Virus genome (UHGV): UHGV-1381253
Reading direction: 5' to 3' (one strand)
Origin: a virus
DNA: 43,188 bases
Shown: positions 33,001 to 41,262 of the stretch, in pieces
Layout of the letters: the number at the start of each line of letters is the position of its first letter
Numbering within the stretch: the stretch's first letter is position 1
Made by a program: the position numbers and the translations under genes
Notes under the pieces: model-generated
What the model saw: only the letters and a program-made list of their open reading frames with translations
The model's database searches: none
What the model was told of the DNA's origin: nothing

Positions 33001-33702
33001 TTGATTATGATCATTACATTATCAGGAGTAATTGGGGTAGGTAAATCCTCAATGACACAATTATTAAGCGAGTTATTAGAAACCAAAGCTGTTTATGAGC
33101 CAGTTGAGGATAACCCTCTACTGGAAAAGTTCTACGCAGACAAGAAAAAGTATGGTTTTCTATTTCAGATTGACATGTTATCAAAACGTTTTGAACTTAT
33201 TCAAGAAGCTATGAGTGTTAAAAATGGGATTCTTGATCGCTCAATTTATGAAGATTCAATATTTTTAAAGCAGTTATATGATGAAGGTGCTGTAGATAAA
33301 TTAGAGTTAGATGTATATACAAAATTATTAAATCGTATGTTAAAAGAATTAGAACCTTTACCTAAGAAATCACCAGATTTGATGATTGTTTTAAATTGTA
33401 GTTTTGAAGAAGAAATCAAGCGTATTAATAAACGAGCAAGAGAGTTTGAGAAGGTGGAAGAAGGTACTGAACTATATGAATACTTCAGAGACCATCACGC
33501 TAATTATCAAGACTGGATGGCTAAAGATTTAGGCTTCCCTAAATTAATCATAGATGTAACAGAACTTGACTATGTTAATAAGCCAGAACACCGCATGAAA
33601 GTACTAATGATGATATTAGATGAATTATTCCATGTAGGAGCAATTAGTGGTGAAGAACATAGCTATTTCTCTCAAAAAGCGTGTCTCTCACGAGCATTCT
33701 AA
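33001..33702 (+). CDS. Deoxynucleoside kinase
   Basis: P-loop LSGVIGVGKSS. The DRS motif ILDRSIYEDSIF. dNK family length. Confidence 0.8.
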   Translation: MIMIITLSGVIGVGKSSMTQLLSELLETKAVYEPVEDNPLLEKFYADKKKYGFLFQIDMLSKRFELIQEAMSVKNGILDRSIYEDSIFLKQLYDEGAVDKLELDVYTKLLNRMLKELEPLPKKSPDLMIVLNCSFEEEIKRINKRAREFEKVEEGTELYEYFRDHHANYQDWMAKDLGFPKLIIDVTELDYVNKPEHRMKVLMMILDELFHVGAISGEEHSYFSQKACLSRAF

Positions 33703-33713
33703 GCACTTTAAAT
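33681..33713. repeat. 33-bp perfect direct repeat, copy 1 (gtgtctctcacgagcattctaagcactttaaat), overlapping the dNK stop
   Basis: Identical to 35475-35507. The preceding 3 nt match 2 of 3. Confidence 0.9.
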
Positions 33714-33740
33714 AAATTAAACAAGGTGATTACCCATTAA

Positions 33741-33783
33741 AAAACAAAAAAAAAAACCACTGGTCTAACCAGTGGTTTTTTAT
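33741..33783. terminator. Bidirectional rho-independent terminator at the convergence of the early and late arms
   Basis: A16 run, stem aaccactgg/ccagtggtt with a 5-nt loop, then a T7 run. Confidence 0.7.
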
Positions 33784-34808
33784 TATAGACTCAGATAGAT
33801 ACTATCAATTCGCACATCATTCACTGCACCTTCGCCGTTAGCTTTATTCGCTCTACGCAAGATAACATCTACTTTTTTACCTTTGAACTGAGCTTTCTTA
33901 ACAGTTACGTCAAAACCAAGCTCTTGTCCACCTTGATAGCCATATGCTTTCTTCACATCTGGGCGTTTAATACCAGCGGATTGAACACGTGACAACTCGT
34001 TGTTTGTTCCATGTTGCATGAAGATAACATATGCATATCGTCCAATAGCTCCTTGCGGTTTATCAGGAACTAACCAACCAGCTACACGAATCTGATCTTT
34101 ACCATGACCATTAAAGTAGTCAAGTTTACCCCAAGCATTACCTTGATGTTTAGGTTTTGTAGCAGCTACTGCCTTATCATGTTGGCTAGGTGTTGAAGGT
34201 GTTACGTTAGCACCACTTGGAGGTGTTTGTCCACCTGTAGATGGAGCTTTACCATCTGGTTTCAAACTAGGGTTATTGTAATACTTAAGAACGTTTTTAA
34301 TCACATAATCCTTCATTGCGTTAGTTACATTAGCTGGCTGTGCCTGTGTTGAGTTGAAACCAGTGTGAATAATTAACGAACGTTTAGGACATTGCGTGGC
34401 TGAAAACTCATGATGTAGACGTACTGTATTGCGGTTAACAGGTAATCCATAATATTTCAAATCTTGTGCAATTTGCCAAAATGTATTTTCTTCAGCTTGC
34501 AAAAAGTCTTTTAATGGGGTTTGATCGTTACCACACACTTCATAACCAATATAGTTTGTATTACCATCAGAGTTGGCTGTATGCCAAGCTGCATTGTAAG
34601 TATCCTCAGTACGCCAGATTGTATTCTTGTCAATATAATAATGCGCAAATCCAGCAGCTAACTGATTGGTGTTCATTGCTGCTAAACGATTAGCCTCTTG
34701 TTTAGCTGTTGAGTTACCCCACGTATTGTGGAATACCACGCCTTTCACTGCACCAGGTCTACGTCCAGCTACACCACGTGTAACTGTTTTGTTGATTATT
34801 TCTACCAT
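33783..34808 (-). CDS. Endolysin: N-acetylmuramoyl-L-alanine amidase (amidase_2/PGRP) with a C-terminal cell-wall-binding domain
   Basis: VVFHNTWGN...HYYIDKNTIWR...NYIGYEVCG...RLHHEFSATQCP is the amidase_2 core. The C-terminal ~140 aa are a binding module. Confidence 0.8.
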   Translation of the reverse strand: MVEIINKTVTRGVAGRRPGAVKGVVFHNTWGNSTAKQEANRLAAMNTNQLAAGFAHYYIDKNTIWRTEDTYNAAWHTANSDGNTNYIGYEVCGNDQTPLKDFLQAEENTFWQIAQDLKYYGLPVNRNTVRLHHEFSATQCPKRSLIIHTGFNSTQAQPANVTNAMKDYVIKNVLKYYNNPSLKPDGKAPSTGGQTPPSGANVTPSTPSQHDKAVAATKPKHQGNAWGKLDYFNGHGKDQIRVAGWLVPDKPQGAIGRYAYVIFMQHGTNNELSRVQSAGIKRPDVKKAYGYQGGQELGFDVTVKKAQFKGKKVDVILRRANKANGEGAVNDVRIDSIYLSL

Positions 34809-34824
34809 GTTATCACTCTCTTTC

Positions 34825-35106
34825 TTATTTGTTTGGTTCTGTATAGTTTAAAGCCTTTTCACTATCTGTAATACCTTTAGTTGTTGGGTCTGGAATCATA
34901 TTTAATGCATTAATTACAGTTAAGCCTAATACGTAAGGATTACTTACTGCTCTGACTAATACATCCAATAATGTGTCAAAGGATGTAATATCCTCAAACT
35001 TCAAACCAAAGTATGCTAGGATAGGTACTGCTAATGCGCCAACAAAACGCAAGATAAATGTTAGGTTGTCTTTGCTAAAACGAACTTTCCAGTTTATTTT
35101 TTTCAT
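34825..35106 (-). CDS. Holin
   Basis: 93 aa. MKKINWKVRFSKDNLTFILRFVGALAVPILAYFGL... has TM segments. Located immediately upstream of the lysin. Confidence 0.7.
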   Translation of the reverse strand: MKKINWKVRFSKDNLTFILRFVGALAVPILAYFGLKFEDITSFDTLLDVLVRAVSNPYVLGLTVINALNMIPDPTTKGITDSEKALNYTEPNK

Positions 35107-35118
35107 TCTACATCACTC

Positions 35119-35397
35119 CTATTTCATAAATAAGGATAAACCAATACTAATTAATGCCCCAATTACTGCGCCAACTGTTGTACGAGTTAACCATGTGTAG
35201 CTGTTTTTAAGGTCAGCTAATGCCTCTCTATTCTGCATGGACATGCTGTAAGCCTTATCTGCTTTCTCAGATTGGCGTTCTAAGCGACTACCATACTCTT
35301 TTAAGTCAGCTTTAATCTCAGGTATGTCATCCAATTTTACCTCAATTCTTGCTAACTGTTCTTTTAATGAAACAAACTCCTTATCATTTAAGTTCAT
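35119..35397 (-). CDS. XhlA-like lysis-associated membrane protein (putative)
   Basis: 92 aa. N-terminal coiled coil and a single C-terminal TM (TVGAVIGALISIGLSLFMK). Located upstream of the holin. Confidence 0.5.
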   Translation of the reverse strand: MNLNDKEFVSLKEQLARIEVKLDDIPEIKADLKEYGSRLERQSEKADKAYSMSMQNREALADLKNSYTWLTRTTVGAVIGALISIGLSLFMK

Positions 35398-35474
35398 AGC
35401 AAAACACTCCTATTCATTTATCACCTCGTTTCCTAGGTCTGTAATCATTATACCATCTATATAAGCGAAATAGT

Positions 35475-35507
35475 GTGTCTCTCACGAGCATTCTAAGCAC
35501 TTTAAAT
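35475..35507. repeat. 33-bp perfect direct repeat, copy 2
   Basis: Identical to 33681-33713. The two copies bracket the lysin-holin-XhlA cassette. Confidence 0.9.
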
Positions 35508-35546
35508 TTTGTTAGGTGGGTGATTATGCGTTTAAAAGCAAATAAA

Positions 35547-35566
35547 AAGCCCTCAATTGAGGGCTT
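35547..35566 (-). terminator. Hairpin terminator after the RBP gene (minus strand)
   Basis: Palindrome aagccctcaattgagggctt. Minus-strand ttttatttgctt follows it. Confidence 0.4.
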
Positions 35567-36548
35567 AATCAATATTATATGATAGTGAACTTATACCACA
35601 ATAGGTTGCATTTGCTCCAGGTGAAAATACAATTTTAGGGCTAGTTGTTATACCTAAACGACCACCAGGATTTCCACCACTAACTACACCAATCGCCCCA
35701 TACGCAAACTCAGTCACCCTTGGTTTGATTTCTGCTGGGAGAGTTGTTGCTCCAGCAGCGTTTGTTCCTGAACCAACTTGGAATGGGTAATAGTCAGTAC
35801 CAGCCAACATATTACCACTTTTCAATCCGAATTGGCCTTTAAATATGACTGTTTTTGTTCCATCAAGATTGTATTGGATCTTATACATACATGGATTATT
35901 CTCCTTGGTTTCAAATGCTGAACCCAATGTTAAATTAATCCAAGGAGTCTTAGTTAATGCTTTAGCATCTAATACGCCATTATAATTACCAGAAGCGTCA
36001 CTAAGTGATAATGTAATTAAACCACCACTAACACTCGTGGTAGATTCTGATGTTTGTTTACCTGTTTCATCATACAACCGTTGCCTTAGATTAACTGTTC
36101 CTTGGTGAATATCTGCTTCTGTAGTTGCTAACTTATACAGTCTTTCACCATCACTGTTTGTCAAATAGTATGTTGAGCCTGCTTGTAAAATACCATCATT
36201 AATACCCAGTTTACCATCAGTAACTTGATTTACGCCACTAGTTACATTTGTATACTCATTAAGAAATTCAGAACCACTAATAGTTGTTCCATTAATAACT
36301 CCACCATTTATTTCCGCTGCTGTGATGATTTTACCAATTAATTCCTCTGCAATAATTTGACTTGCAAACGCAACTTCAACCCATTGACCATTTTCACGAT
36401 TGTAACTATTTGTAGCTTTACCATTAATCACTTTAAACCATGTATCTCCATCTTTTGGGTTAGTTGGCTCTTCCTCTTGCCAGTATACTGTACCTGAACT
36501 GGTCTCAATCTGCATATTGTTAATAATTTTCATCCCTTGTGCTTGCAT
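35565..36548 (-). CDS. Putative receptor-binding protein / tail fibre
   Basis: 327 aa, Gly/Thr/Ser/Asn-rich. Last tail gene before the lysis cassette. Confidence 0.45.
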   Translation of the reverse strand: MQAQGMKIINNMQIETSSGTVYWQEEEPTNPKDGDTWFKVINGKATNSYNRENGQWVEVAFASQIIAEELIGKIITAAEINGGVINGTTISGSEFLNEYTNVTSGVNQVTDGKLGINDGILQAGSTYYLTNSDGERLYKLATTEADIHQGTVNLRQRLYDETGKQTSESTTSVSGGLITLSLSDASGNYNGVLDAKALTKTPWINLTLGSAFETKENNPCMYKIQYNLDGTKTVIFKGQFGLKSGNMLAGTDYYPFQVGSGTNAAGATTLPAEIKPRVTEFAYGAIGVVSGGNPGGRLGITTSPKIVFSPGANATYCGISSLSYNID

Positions 36549-36562
36549 TCATATCTCTCCTT

Positions 36563-37966
36563 CTAATCTTCTGCATTACAAATATACGTATATCTAAGTT
36601 CAGTACCTGCTGTGACTGCTATGGATAAGCCAGTGTCACTCCATTCAGTATCAAGTGAACCATCCAGCTTTAATCTACTCCATGTAAATGTTTTGAAAAA
36701 ATTAGTTACATCTAATGTTCCTTTCATCACTCTACATGTCAATGTGATTGTACCCTCACCATTTACGAAAAATGGAGCTGATGAATCAATCTCAACTGTA
36801 TACGGCACTGCATTGTTTATCTTATCGTTCAAATCATTAGCAAGTTCCTGCAAACGTTCAGATAATCCACTCTCTAATCTAACAAAGTCAGAAAGCTCAC
36901 AGACAACTTTTTCATCTTCGTAAGTAATGGTCAGCTTTTGAACTCTACTTGATAGAAATAAGTTTTCATTTTCATCTATGATATCTACCGTATCACCTAC
37001 AGTTAATTGTGATGGAATGTTAGCAATGTCTACAACATAGTTAACTACAGGTACACTATATTTTTCTAGCCAGTTCATAGTAGTTTCTGCTAGTTCTTTC
37101 TGATTTGTAGTTGTCCATGTTTTGTGTTGTAAGAAATAATGGGAGTTTGTGTTTGTTCTACTCCACTGTTTTACATTGTGTGTGTCATAAACATATCCAT
37201 TTTCTGGATTGATAACAAAGCGTCCACTAGGGTCACTCCACTTATAGCCTTTAAGCGTAATAGGTTGATCCTTACCTTCTGGCGTTCCACCTGTAGGCTT
37301 AATTGCATTAACAAGTTGATAAATGTCTTCCTCTGTTTCAATGGAATTAATGTCTTTATTTACATATAATTTTTTACGTTCATCAACTCCACGCTTTTTA
37401 TAGATATCTATCTTACGTTTAGCCAACTGGTTTCCAACAAATTCAAAGGAAAACTCTAGTTCTGCATTATCAAATTGAGTGGCTACTGATTGAACTCGCT
37501 CTAGTGCAGTCATATTACTATCCCATTCTAGTGTACGTGTCAAGTTAGGTATTTCATTTTTACCAATGACGAAACCAGAATCATAGGTAAATTTATCAAT
37601 ATACCAAGCTATATTATGATTCCCTTGTGATGGGAATGGTGCTAGATTCTCATTAAGTAAGTCCATTCCAGCGTCTTCACATTCTAGTGTACGTATTTGA
37701 GTTAGTGGGTTATGTGTGACTTTTAGTATTGTCATCCATACAAATTTCTGATTCAAATCTTGATAAAGTACATAATTCCCAACTGCAACATCTTTTTTTA
37801 TTTTAGCAGTATTCTCTTTTGTAAACGCTAACCGTAGGGTCATTCTACGTGAAGCTGTTTCTAGTGTACTAACATCACTTGCACTTAATACAGGGTATTC
37901 TACATTGGCTGTTGTTGAAACAATTGTTTTTAATTCAAAAGTGCGATCTGTTATATAAAAATCCAA
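36563..37966 (-). CDS. Tail-associated protein Tal (gp27-like baseplate hub, short form)
   Basis: 467 aa, directly downstream of Dit. This is the conserved Dit-Tal order. Confidence 0.55.
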   Translation of the reverse strand: MDFYITDRTFELKTIVSTTANVEYPVLSASDVSTLETASRRMTLRLAFTKENTAKIKKDVAVGNYVLYQDLNQKFVWMTILKVTHNPLTQIRTLECEDAGMDLLNENLAPFPSQGNHNIAWYIDKFTYDSGFVIGKNEIPNLTRTLEWDSNMTALERVQSVATQFDNAELEFSFEFVGNQLAKRKIDIYKKRGVDERKKLYVNKDINSIETEEDIYQLVNAIKPTGGTPEGKDQPITLKGYKWSDPSGRFVINPENGYVYDTHNVKQWSRTNTNSHYFLQHKTWTTTNQKELAETTMNWLEKYSVPVVNYVVDIANIPSQLTVGDTVDIIDENENLFLSSRVQKLTITYEDEKVVCELSDFVRLESGLSERLQELANDLNDKINNAVPYTVEIDSSAPFFVNGEGTITLTCRVMKGTLDVTNFFKTFTWSRLKLDGSLDTEWSDTGLSIAVTAGTELRYTYICNAED

Positions 37967-38033
37967 TTCTACTCACTCCTTTCTTATTCATTATAACATA
38001 AAGAGAGAGACTTTTGCAAGTCTCTCTCATGCT

Positions 38034-41000
38034 TTATAGATAGTTTTGTGTAATTTCTGCCGTTACCTCTGCCATGTTCGCCCACTCTGAAACAATTGGC
38101 TGAACGATGGTTTCACCTGTTTCTAACTCAAATTTTTCCCACTGATTGCCTACCACGTTTAATTGGTTATTCACTACTCCATTAACAAACAGTTCTCTAG
38201 TTGCTGTGTCAATCTCTACTAAGTCTCCGTCTTGGAAGTAGTTATTCAAGTCTTGATAGTATGGTGTCCCTTCCCAACGTGCTTGCATGTCAGTCATTCT
38301 CATAATAACACCGTATTTATTTGAGAATCGCATAAACCAAAATCCAGCTTTTGTGAATTTACTTGTGTCTGCTTCTGGAAGTGTCCAAACAAATTTGTAT
38401 TCTTTGTCAATTGCTGCCTGTGACCATCCTCCAGGCGCTTGATTCAATGACTTGATTTGAACAACACGCCACACTAGTCTGTTCCCTCTACGATCCATGT
38501 TCATTTCATAGAAGCTTTTATTGAACACCTTTCTATCTAATTTCATCTGATGAAGCTTGTTGTTTTTATACCATGCTTCAAAAACTAACTCATTTGAGGC
38601 TGTGCTGCTGTCTCTGATAATCGCAGTCATGATTGGATTACCTAACTCATCAAATGTACTAAACTCTAAGCGTCCTCGTTGTCCTTTATTGTAATTATCA
38701 AATCCAAATCTGAAATGCGTTGTAATTGGGAGTGTTCTATCAGTATTTGATGGCGCTGCGATATCTCCCACCACTGTTGGGCCATGCCACACATTAATAT
38801 CTCCAACACCTGTATATACTGGCAGCACTGCGTCTGGATCATCCTTCATGTTTAATGTTCCCTGTATCTTGTTTGGTTTGGCTGGGTTACTATTCATGTT
38901 TGGATATACTGATTTGAAGCCAGTATTTACTTTCAGAGCTGAGTTCAATGTATTACCCCAGAACGTTTCATTCATTGCTGGCTCTACTCTGGATGAGGTT
39001 GTTCCGTCCACGTCTTCAGGGTTACCAAATTGCAAGATAGCTCCATTTTGATTCAATAAAGCAACCAGTCCGTTTTCTCCTTTCATTCTGAAAGAAAAGC
39101 GTGGCTTCGTTCTGTACGTACCATTGTTTTCAATCTTGATTAAGTCACCAACTGAATCACCACTTGGTACATATTCAACAGCATTGATATATGAAGGACT
39201 ATATCCCCAATGATAATCTTTTGGATTATTTGATGGTGCTGGTGCAATACCTTCATATTTGTAGTATGGAATATTAGGAGTTCTGCTGTTGCCTTTTTCA
39301 ATTTTTAACCATTTTATGGTGCATGAACCTAATTCTGAATATCTTTGATAAATACGGATTAGTTTTGTTCCACTTGTTTGGGTATCTTTATTATAAGTAA
39401 ATGTCAACTCCCACTGGTCTACCACACCTTCAACTGGTGTCATATCGCCAAACTTTGTGTTTCCGTTATCCGCAATAAACACAGAAAAGTCTTGATTAGC
39501 GGGTTTCGTACCCTCTAAAGTTACAGTGTAAGTTTCTCCCTTTACCAAGTAATTAGACAACGTTTGTTGTGTTATAAGCTGATTAGAAGTGGTGACTGGT
39601 AGATTAGTATTTGGAGCAATATTCTCACCCAAATAGGTTTTACTAAACCAGTAAGGGTTATCACGTAAATTGGGTTGGTAAGGTGTAGACGTCTCTCCTT
39701 CTTCAATTTTGATGTTATAACGCACATTTAAATTACCTTTAAATTCATGAGTAGATACATTAACTTGCAGCCAGACTGAGTTGTAGTTATTGATTATATT
39801 TGGCATATCATTATTACCTTGCATTGTTGTAAGTTTATACCATACACCAGGTTGTGGGTTGGATATGTCACCAATTAATGCACCTTGTGATCCTTCATCC
39901 ACAGCCTTATTAATTCGGTAACTCATTCTAATACGTCCTTCTAATGGTACATCAGTACTAACTTCTGCTGTTAAGGTATATTTTTTATTTGCTTTTAATA
40001 CTGGAATTTTATGACTATGTCCAGCATATACATTCATATCACCAGTATTTTTACTAAAATCAAAACTCACATACTCTCCATTAACATCTGTTTTAGTGAC
40101 TCCTGCGGCAAGCAAATCCCAATCTTCGAAAGAAAGTGTTCTCATTAAGTTGGGTCTCCCGCTATAATCATAGTCACCAAAGTCTAAGCTGTTACTATAC
40201 GCCTTTGCTCCTACACTTGGAGCGGTTACTGTCTCACCAATTGGTGGTAGAAAACTAACCATTGGTTTACTCCACTTGATGAGATTACTTCCTCTGAAAC
40301 CATATTGCAAGTTAATGGCATTTGTCTTTTCGTTTTCAATCTTCACAACTGACCCATATTCAGTAAATTCAGCGGTTACTTTTTTAGGGATATACACAAG
40401 GTGTCTCTTAAGTATTGCTCCCTTCACTGTATCCCACTCTTCTAGAATAACTTGACCTGCATAATCTTTGTTATTCTCTTCATCAATAGATACTACGTTA
40501 GCATATACGCTAAAGTTTACCTCATCCCCAACTTTCAAGTCCGCAGTATGAATTGTTGTTGCTGGGTTCCAGTTTAGCCATCGTTCATCTGAGTTTTTAT
40601 CACGTTCAAAATTCAAAGGTACTCCATTCGTGAAATCACCTTGAACTACATTAGAGTTATTAAACTTCTCATCTAATTTCTGTACCCAAGGCTTCATATA
40701 TTTATTAATCGCATTATACTCACTATCAAGCATTACATTGGTTGTGGTTGAGTAGGTGTTGGAGAAACCAATTGGCTCTATAGCATGTGCTAGCCCATCT
40801 GGTACGTCAAAGGTTAGCGTCAGTGGAGTATACTTCAAATCAGTGGCATCATATTCTTCAGCTCCTGTGAAGATAGCATTGAAATATCTATCTGGAAAAA
40901 TGTCAAATACTAATTGTTGAGGTTCATCACTATTAACCAATGCTTTCAATTCATCCATCACTTGTGGTACTGTTTTACCTGAATTGTCTTTGATGATGAA

Positions 41001-41189
41001 TCCATCAATACTTAGTGTATAGTCTCCCAATCTTGTATTTCTGAAATGTTTTCCATCTGTGTTACCTACTTGGAAAAACTCATTTTCTTTTGATAAAAAC
41101 GGTATGTTTAATTTTGCAATTTGAAATAAATGTTTTGTCTCTTTTCCGTCAATCGTAAATGACCTAAGGAACTCATAATTTTGCCCCAT
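38034..41189 (-). CDS. Distal tail protein (evolved Dit with large insertions, probably carbohydrate-binding modules)
   Basis: The N-terminal ~150 aa resemble Dit (MGQNYEFLRSFTIDGKETKHLF...LTLTFDVPDGLAHAIEP), directly downstream of TMP. Total length is 1051 aa. Confidence 0.65.
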   Translation of the reverse strand: MGQNYEFLRSFTIDGKETKHLFQIAKLNIPFLSKENEFFQVGNTDGKHFRNTRLGDYTLSIDGFIIKDNSGKTVPQVMDELKALVNSDEPQQLVFDIFPDRYFNAIFTGAEEYDATDLKYTPLTLTFDVPDGLAHAIEPIGFSNTYSTTTNVMLDSEYNAINKYMKPWVQKLDEKFNNSNVVQGDFTNGVPLNFERDKNSDERWLNWNPATTIHTADLKVGDEVNFSVYANVVSIDEENNKDYAGQVILEEWDTVKGAILKRHLVYIPKKVTAEFTEYGSVVKIENEKTNAINLQYGFRGSNLIKWSKPMVSFLPPIGETVTAPSVGAKAYSNSLDFGDYDYSGRPNLMRTLSFEDWDLLAAGVTKTDVNGEYVSFDFSKNTGDMNVYAGHSHKIPVLKANKKYTLTAEVSTDVPLEGRIRMSYRINKAVDEGSQGALIGDISNPQPGVWYKLTTMQGNNDMPNIINNYNSVWLQVNVSTHEFKGNLNVRYNIKIEEGETSTPYQPNLRDNPYWFSKTYLGENIAPNTNLPVTTSNQLITQQTLSNYLVKGETYTVTLEGTKPANQDFSVFIADNGNTKFGDMTPVEGVVDQWELTFTYNKDTQTSGTKLIRIYQRYSELGSCTIKWLKIEKGNSRTPNIPYYKYEGIAPAPSNNPKDYHWGYSPSYINAVEYVPSGDSVGDLIKIENNGTYRTKPRFSFRMKGENGLVALLNQNGAILQFGNPEDVDGTTSSRVEPAMNETFWGNTLNSALKVNTGFKSVYPNMNSNPAKPNKIQGTLNMKDDPDAVLPVYTGVGDINVWHGPTVVGDIAAPSNTDRTLPITTHFRFGFDNYNKGQRGRLEFSTFDELGNPIMTAIIRDSSTASNELVFEAWYKNNKLHQMKLDRKVFNKSFYEMNMDRRGNRLVWRVVQIKSLNQAPGGWSQAAIDKEYKFVWTLPEADTSKFTKAGFWFMRFSNKYGVIMRMTDMQARWEGTPYYQDLNNYFQDGDLVEIDTATRELFVNGVVNNQLNVVGNQWEKFELETGETIVQPIVSEWANMAEVTAEITQNYL

Positions 41190-41228
41190 GTTTATCTCTC
41201 CTCATTCTTTAATATAGTACAATTATAA

Positions 41229-41258
41229 CACAAATTAGGGACTTGTATAAGTCCCTAA
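41229..41258 (-). other. Hairpin between the TMP stop and the Dit start
   Basis: Palindrome ttagggacttgtataagtccctaa. The T-run that follows is weak. Confidence 0.25.
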
Positions 41259-41262
41259 TTTT

